Origin: Acidimicrobiia bacterium
GTDB taxonomy: Bacteria; Actinomycetota; Acidimicrobiia; Spongiisociales; ZC4RG35
NCBI GenBank assembly: GCA_025928935.1
Contig: JAICNB010000002.1
Location: 7,496 to 71,495 of the forward strand
Direction of reading: 5' to 3'
Length of the DNA stretch: 64,000 nucleotides
The translations under genes were made by a program, and so were the position numbers. Under the pieces are notes generated by a model. It had not been told where the DNA came from and did no database searches. It saw only the letters and a list, made by a program, of their open reading frames with translations. Below are positions 53,148 to 62,666 of the stretch, piece by piece (position 1 is the stretch's first letter; every line of letters starts with the position of its first letter).

Positions 53148-53174
53148 TGGGCCACTGCCCTAGTCTCGCCGGCC

Positions 53175-53666
53175 ATGTCCGAGAGCTACGACCTCATCAT
53201 GAAGCTGCGCGCCATCCGCGACTTCCGGCCCGAGCCGGTCTCCGAGGAGCACCTCGAGGCCATCCTGGAAGCAGCCCGATGGACCGGCAGCTCGAAGAAC
53301 CGACAGGATTGGTCCTTCGTCGTCGTCACCGGAGACCGACTCCAGGGCCTGGCGGAGTGCGGTGACTTCACCGACCCGGTGCGACACTCGGCCGCGACCA
53401 TCGTGCTGGTGAAGGAAGAGGGCGGGAACATGTTCGACATCGGGAGAGCGGCGCAGAACATCATGCTGGCTGCCAAGGCGATCGGGGTCGCCTCGTGCCC
53501 GATCACCCTGCATCGATCGGGAGAAGCGCGAGAGTTCCTCGGCGCCCCCGAAGGGACCGAGACCCGTTATGCGGTCGCCCTCGGGTATCCGGGGGACGCT
53601 GCCTCCCCGCGCCGGTTCGGAGGTCGCAAGCCGGCCGAGGCCGTGGTCCGCCATCAGCGCTACTGA
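53175..53666 (+). CDS. Nitroreductase family protein
   Basis: RAIRDFRPEPVSEEHLEAILEAARWTGSSKNRQDWSFVVV. Confidence 0.85.
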   Translation: MSESYDLIMKLRAIRDFRPEPVSEEHLEAILEAARWTGSSKNRQDWSFVVVTGDRLQGLAECGDFTDPVRHSAATIVLVKEEGGNMFDIGRAAQNIMLAAKAIGVASCPITLHRSGEAREFLGAPEGTETRYAVALGYPGDAASPRRFGGRKPAEAVVRHQRY

Positions 53667-53719
53667 CCGGGTCAAAACCCGGCTGACAATCCGGGTGCCG
53701 GCACTAGCGTCGATTGGTC

Positions 53720-54646
53720 ATGTCCGAACCTCTCGTCCAGGCCCGCGGCCTGACCAAGAAATTCGGTGATTTCCTCGCCGTAGACGCGGTCGACTTCGAC
53801 ATCGCCAAAGGTGAGGCCTTTGGCTTCCTAGGCCCCAACGGCGCGGGCAAGACGTCGACCATGAAGATGATCACGACGGTGAGCCCGATCACCGAAGGAA
53901 AGCTCACCGTATTCGGGCTCGACCCAACCGTCGAGGGGCGTCAGATCAGACAGCGTCTCGGGGTGGTGCCTCAGGAGGACAACCTCGACATGGAGCTGAC
54001 CGTGGCCGAGAACCTCTACATCTATGGGCGGTATCACGACATGCCCCGGGCTGACATCCGGAGACGCATCACCGAGCTCCTCGAGTTCGCCCAGCTGAGC
54101 GACAGGTCCGAATCTCCGGTGGAGCCGCTCTCGGGGGGGATGAAGCGGCGGCTCACCATCGCTCGGGCCTTGATCAGCGACCCCGACCTGGTCATCCTCG
54201 ACGAGCCGACAACGGGTCTCGACCCGCAGGCGCGCCATCTGCTCTGGGATCGTCTCTACCGCCTCAAGCGGGAAGGTGCCACCCTCATCATCACCACTCA
54301 CTACATGGACGAGGCGGAACAGCTCTGCGACCGGTTGGTGGTGATGGACAAGGGCAAGATCGTCGCCGAGGGCTCCCCTCGCCAGCTCATCGCCCAATAC
54401 GCCCCGCGCGAGGTGGTCGAGCTGCGTTATCCCGAGGAGCAGATGGAGGGCATCGGTGAGAGACTCGGGTGGCTCGAAGGCGGCATCGAGGTCCTGGCCG
54501 ATCGTGTCATCGTCTACACCGACGATGCCGAAGCCACCCAGCATGAGCTGACGATTCGTGACATCCAACCCGAGCAGGTGCTGGTCCGCAGGTCGAGCCT
54601 CGAGGACGTGTTCCTCAAGCTGACCGGGCGCAGCCTCGTGGACTGA
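53720..54646 (+). CDS. ABC transporter ATP-binding protein (DrrA/NodI-like)
   Basis: Walker A GPNGAGKTST, signature LSGGMKRRL, Walker B ILDEPTTGLD, H-loop TTHYMDEAE. TTG at 53714 is an alternative start. Confidence 0.9.
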   Translation: MSEPLVQARGLTKKFGDFLAVDAVDFDIAKGEAFGFLGPNGAGKTSTMKMITTVSPITEGKLTVFGLDPTVEGRQIRQRLGVVPQEDNLDMELTVAENLYIYGRYHDMPRADIRRRITELLEFAQLSDRSESPVEPLSGGMKRRLTIARALISDPDLVILDEPTTGLDPQARHLLWDRLYRLKREGATLIITTHYMDEAEQLCDRLVVMDKGKIVAEGSPRQLIAQYAPREVVELRYPEEQMEGIGERLGWLEGGIEVLADRVIVYTDDAEATQHELTIRDIQPEQVLVRRSSLEDVFLKLTGRSLVD

Positions 54647-55434
54647 TGACGACGCTCGCCCGCTCCTGGCGTTGGGTCGAGTCGGAGGCGATCGGCTACC
54701 GGCGGGTTTGGCGGGGCACCGTGATCTCCAGCTTCGTCAACCCGGTCCTGTTCCTCTCTGCGATGGGCTTGGGCCTGGGAACGCTGGTCGATGCAACCAG
54801 CAACCAATTGTCCGTGCCATACCTGGCATTCGTGGCCACCGGGCTGCTCGCCGCCACCGCCATGCAGACCTCGGCCGGCGAGGGGACGTTCCCCGTCATG
54901 GCGGGGATCAAATGGCGAAAGGGGTTCCACGGGGCGATCACGACACCCCTGGGACCGGCGGACATCGTGATCGGGATGATGATGTGGGGTGCGATCAGGC
55001 TCAGTTTCGTCCTCGTCGTCTTCGCCCTGGTCTCTGTCGTCCTGGGGGCGTTGGAGTTGGGTCCTGCGCTGCTCGCCGTCCCTCCCGCCGTCCTCACCGG
55101 GCTCGCCTTCCAGAGCACGGCTACCGCCTACACGGTGACCAGGGAGAACGAGATCTCCCTGTCGACGTTGTTCCGGTTCGGGATCATCCCCCTCTTCCTC
55201 TTCTCCGGGACCTTCTTCCCGATAAGCCAGCTACCCCAGCCACTGCAGATCGTCGCCTACTTCACCCCTCTCTTCCATGGGGTCGAGCTCGTGCGAAAGA
55301 TCGCCCTTCCCGGCGCCGACTCCTCCATCGTCACCGACCTACCCCTCTGGGTGCACCTCGCATATCTGACCGTGATGACGATCGCAGGGATCGCACTCGG
55401 CGCTCGCTGGCTCGACCGCAGGCTCCGTCCGTGA
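54646..55434 (+). CDS. ABC-2 type exporter permease (DrrB/NodJ-like) 1
   Basis: 262 aa with 6 TM segments. The start overlaps the ATPase stop by 1 nt. Confidence 0.85.
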   Translation: MTTLARSWRWVESEAIGYRRVWRGTVISSFVNPVLFLSAMGLGLGTLVDATSNQLSVPYLAFVATGLLAATAMQTSAGEGTFPVMAGIKWRKGFHGAITTPLGPADIVIGMMMWGAIRLSFVLVVFALVSVVLGALELGPALLAVPPAVLTGLAFQSTATAYTVTRENEISLSTLFRFGIIPLFLFSGTFFPISQLPQPLQIVAYFTPLFHGVELVRKIALPGADSSIVTDLPLWVHLAYLTVMTIAGIALGARWLDRRLRP

Positions 55435-56240
55435 GCGTGTCCCTCCCCACCAGGCTCACCCCCCCGGGCCGGATGACCCCCTTCCGGGCCCACCGGATCT
55501 GGGAGCGGAACTATCTGGTCTATCGCCGGGTGTGGAAGGTGATCCTCACCGGGTTCTTCGAGCCGGTCTTCTATCTCTTCTCGATCGGGATCGGGATCGG
55601 GGAGCTAGTACCCGAAGTGCCCGGGCCGGGTGGTGTCCCGATCGACTACACCGCCTTCGTCGCCCCCGCGCTCATGGCCGCCTCCGCCATGAATGGGACG
55701 GTCCTGGAGACGACGTTCAACATCTTCTTCAGACTCAAGTTCGAGAAGACCTATGACGGGATCCTCACCACCCCGATGAGCTCCCGTGATATCGCCATCG
55801 GCGAGATCGGCTGGGCACTGGTTCGCGGTGCGCTCTACTCGACCGCGTTCTTCGTCGTGATGGTGGCGATGGGCCTGACCGTCAGCTGGTGGTCGGTCCT
55901 CACCATCCCGGGGGCGGTCCTGATCGGGTTCGCCTTCGGATCGGTTGGACTCGCCGCCACCACCTTCATGAGGTCATGGCAGGACTTCGACCTCGTCTCT
56001 CTCGTCACCATGCCGCTCTTCTTGTTCTCCACCACCTTCTACCCCCTCGATGTGTACCCACCGGCCATCCAACCGCTGATCCGGCTCTCTCCGCTGTATC
56101 ACGGGAACGAGATGCTTCGAGCTTTCTCCCTGGGAATCTTTGACTGGACACTGGCCGGTCACATCGCATTCCTCCTCGTGATGGGGCTGATCGGCGCCTT
56201 CGTCGCCTCGCGCCGGCTCGACGGGCTGCTCAGGAAATGA
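55431..56240 (+). CDS. ABC-2 type exporter permease (DrrB/NodJ-like) 2
   Basis: GTG at 55431 forms a GTGA overlap. The sequence FRAHRIWERNYLVYRRVWKVILTGFFEPVFYLFSIG... parallels permease 1. ORF-track entry 54672..56240 is this gene plus an out-of-frame upstream run. Confidence 0.85.
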   Translation: MSVSLPTRLTPPGRMTPFRAHRIWERNYLVYRRVWKVILTGFFEPVFYLFSIGIGIGELVPEVPGPGGVPIDYTAFVAPALMAASAMNGTVLETTFNIFFRLKFEKTYDGILTTPMSSRDIAIGEIGWALVRGALYSTAFFVVMVAMGLTVSWWSVLTIPGAVLIGFAFGSVGLAATTFMRSWQDFDLVSLVTMPLFLFSTTFYPLDVYPPAIQPLIRLSPLYHGNEMLRAFSLGIFDWTLAGHIAFLLVMGLIGAFVASRRLDGLLRK

Positions 56241-56283
56241 GAACCCGGGCGGCTGACCAAGAAGGCCGGGGGCGCGCCCTCGC

Positions 56284-56598
56284 CTACTCCCAGCCGAATC
56301 CGAGGTGTATGACGAGGCTCAGCATGAGCATCACCAGGAAGAACCCGCCGACCACGCCACCGATCCCGGCCGGCAGCAGGCCTCGGTCCTCACCTTTGCG
56401 CCGTGCAGCCAACCCGAACCACACCGCCGCCGACGCGGTGGCGATCGTGAGTGGCCCCAGGATCTGGGAGACGATCTGAGTCAGCGAATTGCTGGCGATG
56501 AACGTGGCAACCAGCAACGCGAACATCGCGGCCACCGACGTCCAAGCCCATGCCAACAGAGTGCGGGCACGAGACGACGGTGGGGTTCGGACGGGCAA
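56284..56598 (-). CDS. Hypothetical small membrane protein (3 TM)
   Basis: 104-aa ORF with three clear hydrophobic segments, divergent from hutU. I recognise no family. Confidence 0.55.
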   Translation of the reverse strand: MPVRTPPSSRARTLLAWAWTSVAAMFALLVATFIASNSLTQIVSQILGPLTIATASAAVWFGLAARRKGEDRGLLPAGIGGVVGGFFLVMLMLSLVIHLGFGWE

Positions 56599-56715
56599 GC
56601 TCGCTCCGGAAATGTTGGGCCTCCTGTCACCATCATCCTCGGCCCATCGGCTGCGAATCGGTAGAGGCCATGGTCACAATCGGCCGCCTCGCTCTCCCGC
56701 CTAGGCTCGTCGGGG

Positions 56716-58371
56716 ATGCTCGACATCGCTTTCCCACTCCACGCCCCGCACGGGCGGGACTTGAACACCAGGGGCTGGCTCCAAGAGGGCGCGCTCCGCT
56801 GCCTCCTCAACAACCTCGACCCGGATGTCGCCGAAGACCCACAGAACCTGATCGTCTACGGGGGTAGGGGCAAGGCGGCCCGCGATCTCGGGTCGTTGCA
56901 CGCCATAGTCCGCACCCTGGAGCGACTGGCCGACGACGAGACCCTCCTCGTCCAGTCGGGAAAGCCGGTCGGTGTCTTCCGCACCCACGAGCTCGCCCCC
57001 CGGGTGCTGATCGCCAACAGCCTGCTGGTCCCACGTTGGGCGACGCTGGAGGAGTTCTGGGAGCTCGAGGCGGAGGGTCTGACCATGTACGGCCAGATGA
57101 CGGCAGGGTCCTGGATCTACATCGGGACCCAGGGCATCCTCCAGGGCACCTTCCAGACCTTCTCGGCGATCGCCGACCAGAGGTTCGGCGGGACACTTGC
57201 CGGCACACTCACCCTCACCGCCGGCCTGGGCGGGATGGGTGGGGCCCAGCCACTGGCCATCGCCATGAACGGCGGGGTCGCTCTGTGCGTGGAGGTCGAC
57301 CCCCACCGGATCGAGCGGCGGCTCGAGACCGCTTACCTGGACGAGAGCTACGACGACACCGATCGAGCATTGACCCGGGCCCTGGAAGCGAAAGAGAGCC
57401 GGGAGGCCGTGTCCATAGGGTTACTCGGCAACGCCGCCGAGATCTTCCCGCAGCTCCTGGACATGGGCATCGATGTCGACATCGTGACCGACCAGACCTC
57501 GGCCCACGACCCTCTATACGGATACGTCCCGGCCGGGCACAGCCTCGAGGACGCCGCCCGGCTGCGTGAGGACGACCCCGACACCTACATCAAGGCGGCT
57601 CGGGAGTCGATGGCGAGCCAGTGCGAGGCGATGGTCGGGTTCTCACGGGCCGGAGCGGAGACATTCGACTACGGGAACAACCTTCGTGGCGAGGCGTTGA
57701 TCGCGGGCTACACCGACGCCTTCTCCTACCCGGGGTTCGTCCCGGCCTACATACGACCCCTGTTCTGCGAGGGATCCGGGCCCTTCCGCTGGGTGGCCCT
57801 CAGTGGGGAACCGAGCGACATCGCCGTCACCGACCGTGCCATCGCCGAGCTGTTCCCTGAGAACGAGTCCCTGCACCGATGGCTCAGGCTGGCCGCAGAC
57901 AAGGTCCAGTTCCAGGGCTTGCCGGCCCGAATCTGCTGGCTGTCGTACGGCGAGCGACACGTCGCTGGTCTCCGTTTCAACGAGCTCGTCGCTGCTGGTG
58001 AGGTGAGCGCACCGATCGTCATCGGCCGTGACCACCTCGATTCGGGCTCGGTGGCCTCCCCTTATCGCGAGACAGAGTCGATGGCCGACGGCTCCGATGC
58101 CATCGCCGACTGGCCGATCCTGAACGCAATGCTGAACGTGTCATCAGGGGCGGCATGGGTCGCGGTGCATCACGGAGGTGGAGTGGGCATCGGGAATTCG
58201 ATCCACGCCGGTGCCCAGGTGGTGGCCGACGGGACCGACCAGGGGGCGTTCCGGGTCGAACGCGTCCTGACCAACGACCCCGGGACCGGCGTCATGCGCC
58301 ACGCCGACGCCGGCTATGACATCGCCCGCCGGGTGGCGCGGGAGCGCGGGGTGGACATCCCGATGTTGTGA
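56716..58371 (+). CDS. hutU: Urocanate hydratase
   Basis: [39 protein letters not shown]...[12 protein letters not shown]..., 551 aa. Confidence 0.95.
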   Translation: MLDIAFPLHAPHGRDLNTRGWLQEGALRCLLNNLDPDVAEDPQNLIVYGGRGKAARDLGSLHAIVRTLERLADDETLLVQSGKPVGVFRTHELAPRVLIANSLLVPRWATLEEFWELEAEGLTMYGQMTAGSWIYIGTQGILQGTFQTFSAIADQRFGGTLAGTLTLTAGLGGMGGAQPLAIAMNGGVALCVEVDPHRIERRLETAYLDESYDDTDRALTRALEAKESREAVSIGLLGNAAEIFPQLLDMGIDVDIVTDQTSAHDPLYGYVPAGHSLEDAARLREDDPDTYIKAARESMASQCEAMVGFSRAGAETFDYGNNLRGEALIAGYTDAFSYPGFVPAYIRPLFCEGSGPFRWVALSGEPSDIAVTDRAIAELFPENESLHRWLRLAADKVQFQGLPARICWLSYGERHVAGLRFNELVAAGEVSAPIVIGRDHLDSGSVASPYRETESMADGSDAIADWPILNAMLNVSSGAAWVAVHHGGGVGIGNSIHAGAQVVADGTDQGAFRVERVLTNDPGTGVMRHADAGYDIARRVARERGVDIPML

Positions 58372-58395
58372 GCCCCGGTCTGCGGTTGGGGCTCA
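58369..58395. terminator. 8-bp inverted repeat TGAGCCCC / GGGGCTCA that includes both convergent stop codons
   Basis: The arms are at 58369-58376 and 58388-58395, with an 11-nt loop. It contains the hutU TGA and the stop of the 55-codon minus-strand ORF. Confidence 0.45.
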
Positions 58396-58560
58396 GCCCC
58401 GTTTCTTGCCCGTTGACCGACGCATGTCGAGGATGGCTCCCACGAGAGTGCCCATCGCGGCTCCGACGACGGGAGCGATCCATAGCTCTGCCGAGAAGAT
58501 CGTGCCGATCAGCAGACCCAAGGCAGCTCCCATGACCAGTCCGTAGCCGGTGTACATCAT
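58393..58560 (-). CDS. 55-aa Gly/Ala-rich small membrane protein, below the ORF-track length cutoff
   Basis: My own translation is MMYTGYGLVMGAALGLLIGTIFSAELWIAPVVGAAMGTLVGAILDMRRSTGKKRG*. A GGAGG lies 2 nt upstream of the first ATG (ATGATG) and 5 nt upstream of the second. It has two glycine-zipper-like TM helices and a basic tail. Confidence 0.5.
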   Translation of the reverse strand: MMYTGYGLVMGAALGLLIGTIFSAELWIAPVVGAAMGTLVGAILDMRRSTGKKRG

Positions 58561-58578
58561 CACCTCCTGAGCGGATGC

Positions 58579-58603
58579 CGGGGCCCTGTTGCACAGGGCC
58601 CCG
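58579..58603 (-). terminator. 10-bp GC stem-loop between the two small membrane-protein genes
   Basis: CGGGGCCCTG (58579-58588) pairs with CAGGGCCCCG (58594-58603), with a 5-nt loop and no U-tract. Confidence 0.4.
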
Positions 58604-58620
58604 TCATCAACACGTGCCGT

Positions 58621-58962
58621 TCAGAGGATCCAGACCAGGCCGAACACGACGGCCCCGGCCAGAGCGAGAACGGCCAGACCGGTCGCCATCACCGACTGGA
58701 TCGTCCACACTCGGTCCTCTTGAAGGATCCGACGAGCGAAGAGCCCGAACGCGGCTGCCAGCAGCAGGCCTGCCCCGACGAAGGCGCCGAGGTACCAGCC
58801 CTCGGCCAACCCGCCGAGGAACCAGTCGGTGGGCACGTAGTACATCCACACGCCCACACCGGCCGTTACGGCACCGAGGATCCCGAGCACCCACTCGGTG
58901 ACTCGGGACCGCTGCGGCATTCGGGTGATCTCCGTAGTGCCACGCTCCATGAGCGTTGTCAC
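58621..58962 (-). CDS. Hypothetical membrane protein (3-4 TM)
   Basis: The GTG at 58962 lies 8 nt after AAAGGAGG. The protein contains WVLGILGAVTAGVGVWMYYVPTDWFLGGL...; I recognise no family. Confidence 0.6.
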   Translation of the reverse strand: MTTLMERGTTEITRMPQRSRVTEWVLGILGAVTAGVGVWMYYVPTDWFLGGLAEGWYLGAFVGAGLLLAAAFGLFARRILQEDRVWTIQSVMATGLAVLALAGAVVFGLVWIL

Positions 58963-59110
58963 GAAGATCACCTCCTTTCTGGTGACCCCCTTTCGAGGTC
59001 ACCATGGTCATTGTCCGGAAGCCTGCGCGGCCCGACCAGGGTCTTGTGGCCCTTCCTCTTGTGACCGCCGGGTTAGGGCTGCGCGACGACCGGATTTACC
59101 CTGGCGGTCC

Positions 59111-60013
59111 ATGCCCATCAACGACCCACACTGGCCCCGCGCCGATGTCTGGCTGGCCCAGGACCACCCTGACCCCGACATCTTGGTGGTCGGTGTCCCC
59201 ACCTCGCGCGCCTCGCTGTCGCCGTCCCAGGCCGACCTGGCCCCGCTCGAGGTCCGGGACAGATTCAGCAGGTTCTCCACCTTCCATGGGGAGTGGGGAA
59301 TCGATTTCGGAGAGGTCAGTGTCAGGGACGAGGGAAACTGGCCGGTCTCCGAGCTCGACATGCACCAGATGCCGGATGTGGTGGAAGGGCTGGCCGCCTC
59401 ACTGACTCGAGGCCCGCTGACCATCTACCTGGGCGGGGACAACGCCATCACCAGGCCGTTGGCCCGCTCTCTGTCCCCCGACCGCACCAAGGTGGGCCTC
59501 ATCACCTTCGATGCACATCACGATGTCCGGACCCTCGACCTCGGGCCGACCAACGGGACTCCGGTGCGGGGCCTCATCGAGGAGGACGGCCTGCCGGGCC
59601 AGAACGTGGCGCAGGTCGGGATCCACTCGTTCGCCAACTCGGCCGGGTACCGCGCCTATTGCGAGGAGCAGGGAGTAACCGTGTTCACGGTTGCCGACAT
59701 AGACCAGCGCGGCATCGGATCGGTCGTCGAGGATGCCCTCACGGTGGTGGCGGTCAAGACCGATGCCGTCCATGTCGACGTCGACATCGACGTCCTCGAT
59801 CGGGTCTTCGCCCCGGCCTGCCCCGGCTCGCGACCCGGTGGGCTAGGCCTGCGCGACCTCGCCGAAGCGGTACGGATCTGCGCCCGAAATCCCAAGGTGG
59901 CTGCCATCGACCTCGTTGAGGTGGATCCCGCATCCGATCAGGACGGCCTCACCCTCGACGTCATGGCGCACCTCGTCCTCTCCGCCGTTGCGGGCTACGC
60001 AGAGAGGGTGTGA
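59111..60013 (+). CDS. hutG: Arginase-family hydrolase, probable formimidoylglutamase
   Basis: Arginase-fold motifs GGDNAIT, FDAHHDV and VDIDVLD; 300 aa from the ATG at 59111; located near hutU. Confidence 0.75.
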   Translation: MPINDPHWPRADVWLAQDHPDPDILVVGVPTSRASLSPSQADLAPLEVRDRFSRFSTFHGEWGIDFGEVSVRDEGNWPVSELDMHQMPDVVEGLAASLTRGPLTIYLGGDNAITRPLARSLSPDRTKVGLITFDAHHDVRTLDLGPTNGTPVRGLIEEDGLPGQNVAQVGIHSFANSAGYRAYCEEQGVTVFTVADIDQRGIGSVVEDALTVVAVKTDAVHVDVDIDVLDRVFAPACPGSRPGGLGLRDLAEAVRICARNPKVAAIDLVEVDPASDQDGLTLDVMAHLVLSAVAGYAERV

Positions 60014-60067
60014 CGGCTCACCCGGGGTTCCTGCCGCCGGGAAGCGGTGCTGTACCGACGAACAACG

Positions 60068-61180
60068 TCAGCCCCCGCTGACGACCTGCTCCGCCTCTGC
60101 CCCGAGGCGGTCGCCCTCTCGATGGTCGAGGAAGCCATGAGGCAGACGCACGGGACGTGGGCCGTGAGAGTGGCCCCGCACCATGTGGTTGGCCTCTTCG
60201 GGAAACGGGATGTCCTGGTCCCATCCGGAGAGGAGTGTCTCGAGATGGTCGACCGATTCCACCCGCGCCAGGGCGTCACGCATCTGCGGGCCTGCCGGAA
60301 ACCCCTTCAGGTACCAGGACGGGTGCTTGCGGAACAACGAGACCCCCACTCGCTCCCCGAAGTGGTCGGCGAGTAGTCGGGCGTGACGAACCATGATCCG
60401 GGCAACCTCACCCGACGTGGGCGCTGTCCGCAGTGGCCGGCCGGACATCTCATCGGCGAGGTCGCGAAACAACCACGGCCGTCCGAGACACCCTCGTCCC
60501 ACCACTACCCCGTCACACCCGGTCTCGGCCATCATCCTGACCGCGTCGGCGGCGGTCCAGATGTCACCGTTGCCCAGAACCGGGATCGTGGAGATCGTCT
60601 CCTTCAATCGGGCGATCGCCTCCCAGTCGGCCTCACCCGAGTACAGCTGGCGAGCGGTTCGGGCGTGGAGCGCCACAGCGGCGGCACCCTCCTCCTCCGC
60701 TGCCAGCCCGGTGTCCAGGTAGGTCAGGTGGTCGTCGTCTATGCCTTTCCGGAACTTGACCGTCACCGGGATCTCCCCGGCACTGGCGACGGCAGCTCGC
60801 ACGATGGCACGGAACAGATCCTTTTTCCAGGGGAGGGCAGCACCGCCGCCGTGTCGTGTGACTTTCCCCATGGGGCAGCCAAAGTTCATGTCGATGTGGT
60901 CGACCTGCTCCACATCTGCCAGATAGGCGACAGCCTCACCGAGAGAGCCCGGGTCGGTCCCGTACAGCTGGATCGAGCGCGGCGTCTCGTCGGGCGCGAA
61001 CCGGGCCATCGCCCGCGTCTTCTCGTCACCTTCGACCAGCCCCCGAGCGCCGATCATCTCCGAGACATACAGACCGGCCCCGTATTCCCGACAGAGTCGG
61101 CGAAACGGGGCATTCGTGATGCCCGCCATGGGGGCGAGCACCACCGGCGGATCGACAGGGATGGGTCCGATGCGGAGCAT
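60068..61180 (-). CDS. dusB: tRNA-dihydrouridine synthase
   Basis: VVLAPMAGITNAPFRRLCREYGAGLYVSEM...DINFGCP-like MNFGCP. ATG at 61180. Confidence 0.9.
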   Translation of the reverse strand: MLRIGPIPVDPPVVLAPMAGITNAPFRRLCREYGAGLYVSEMIGARGLVEGDEKTRAMARFAPDETPRSIQLYGTDPGSLGEAVAYLADVEQVDHIDMNFGCPMGKVTRHGGGAALPWKKDLFRAIVRAAVASAGEIPVTVKFRKGIDDDHLTYLDTGLAAEEEGAAAVALHARTARQLYSGEADWEAIARLKETISTIPVLGNGDIWTAADAVRMMAETGCDGVVVGRGCLGRPWLFRDLADEMSGRPLRTAPTSGEVARIMVRHARLLADHFGERVGVSLFRKHPSWYLKGFPAGPQMRDALARVESVDHLETLLSGWDQDIPFPEEANHMVRGHSHGPRPVRLPHGFLDHREGDRLGAEAEQVVSGG

Positions 61181-61245
61181 GGGCCGGCAAAGGGTAGGTC
61201 GGCTCGCTTCCCTGTTCGCCCGCGCCGGAGATGGCGCCACCAGTC

Positions 61246-61677
61246 TCAGGTAGGCGTCTGGAAGTCGGTAGACGTGATGTTCTGGAGCCGGACCTGGCCG
61301 CGCGCCACGAGCTTGCCGTCGTCTTCACGGGTGACCGCAACCTGCCACAACTGTTGGGTACGGCCACGGTGGATGGGGGTGGCGGCGCCGATGAGGACTC
61401 CATCGGTCGTGGCTCTCAGGAAGTCTGTCTGATTGGACACCCCGACACAGCCGGCCATCCCGTTCTCCATCGCCCACAATGCCGCGCCGGTGGAGGCGAG
61501 CGTCTCGATGAGGGTGCAATACACGCCACCATGGACCACGCCGTATGGCTGCTGGTGGATGTCCTTCAGGACCAGCCTCCCTTCGCAGGCGTCGGCGGAG
61601 GCGTCCGTTATCTCGATTCCGGTGTGCCCGACGTAGGTGGGCCGATCGAGGAACGGGTTTTCCATCAGGCGCCACAT
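61246..61677 (-). CDS. PaaI-family hotdog-fold thioesterase
   Basis: GVVHGGVYCTLIETLASTGA...NQTDFLRA...HRGRTQQLWQV. The alternative ATG at 61665 overlaps the upstream stop by 1 nt. Confidence 0.85.
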   Translation of the reverse strand: MWRLMENPFLDRPTYVGHTGIEITDASADACEGRLVLKDIHQQPYGVVHGGVYCTLIETLASTGAALWAMENGMAGCVGVSNQTDFLRATTDGVLIGAATPIHRGRTQQLWQVAVTREDDGKLVARGQVRLQNITSTDFQTPT

Positions 61678-62657
61678 CCGGACGCGATTCGCATGACGGG
61701 CCCCTCGTTGGTCGACTCCCACACCTCGACCCCGATCCCCTCGTAGTAGGCGCCGGTGAGCACGATCTCCATGACCCCGTCGCCGTTGAGGTCTGCCAGC
61801 GCCCCGATGGAGTACGCCACCACGAACGGCTCGGTGGCGGTGACGATCACCGATTCCCCGAGGATCGAGGTCCGCACATCACCTTGCACGGTCTGCCGCA
61901 TGAAAGCGATCGAGTAGTCGCCGTCCTGGGCGAACAGGCCCTCGCTCACGTCCTCGGTGACCACCAATACCTCGTTGACCCCATCCCCTTCCAGATCGAC
62001 CTGCATTATCTGCTTGAGGGTGGGGTCGGGCACGTCGAGCCCGCGCTCGGCGAGCAACTCGCTGGCGAATGCCGAATAGGTCCCGTCGTCTTCCAGCTGC
62101 TCTACCAGGTGGGGCGTGATGACCCATGGCGCGGAGATGGCCACGCCCAACGGGCCCGGGAAGTCTCCGAGGAGCTCCTCGTTCTCGAGCACGACGCCTG
62201 GATTGTTGACCGGCTCGCAGAGGGTGGTGGGCGCACCGCCCGCAACGATGGCCTCTTGACCGATGAGCGCCACCTGATAATCCTCTCCCCCGGCCACCGG
62301 GAGCGCGGTAGTCGGCTCGACCTGGACCCACCCGGCGCCGTCCCACCACCCCAGGGCGCCAAAGGCGGCCGCGACCAGCGGCGTGTCGCTCCAGTTGCCG
62401 GCCACGGCAGCCGAGGTCGTCGTCGTCGGTGCGATCGAGGTGGTCGTGACCGCGGCCGTGGTCGTTGTCGATGCGCCCGTGCTGGTGGTCGTGACAGGTA
62501 ACGCGGTGGTGGTGCCCGCCGGCTCGGTCGTGGTGGTGGCCAGGCTGGACGTGGTGGTCGAGTCGACGGGCTCATCGTCGTCGTTGGCCACGAGGAACAC
62601 GACGGTGCCTGCCAGAACCACGAAGAGGCCGGAGAGGATCCAGGCGGTGCGGTTCAT
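61665..62657 (-). CDS. Membrane-anchored extracytoplasmic protein with Thr-rich linker and FG-GAP/VCBS-like DxDGDG repeats
   Basis: N-terminal anchor WILSGLFVVLAGTVVFLV, then about 70 aa of Thr/Ala/Ser/Pro-rich linker. The C-domain contains DLEGDGVNEVLVV and DLNGDGVMEIVLT. Confidence 0.65.
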   Translation of the reverse strand: MNRTAWILSGLFVVLAGTVVFLVANDDDEPVDSTTTSSLATTTTEPAGTTTALPVTTTSTGASTTTTAAVTTTSIAPTTTTSAAVAGNWSDTPLVAAAFGALGWWDGAGWVQVEPTTALPVAGGEDYQVALIGQEAIVAGGAPTTLCEPVNNPGVVLENEELLGDFPGPLGVAISAPWVITPHLVEQLEDDGTYSAFASELLAERGLDVPDPTLKQIMQVDLEGDGVNEVLVVTEDVSEGLFAQDGDYSIAFMRQTVQGDVRTSILGESVIVTATEPFVVAYSIGALADLNGDGVMEIVLTGAYYEGIGVEVWESTNEGPVMRIASGCGA

Positions 62658-62666
62658 GCGGGCAAG

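Noticed and set aside
54672-56240. A single 522-aa ORF spanning both DrrB-like permease genes.
   Set aside because: The first half is an out-of-frame Arg/Pro-rich run overlapping the genuine permease 54646..55434. The real second permease starts at GTG 55431 (GTGA overlap).
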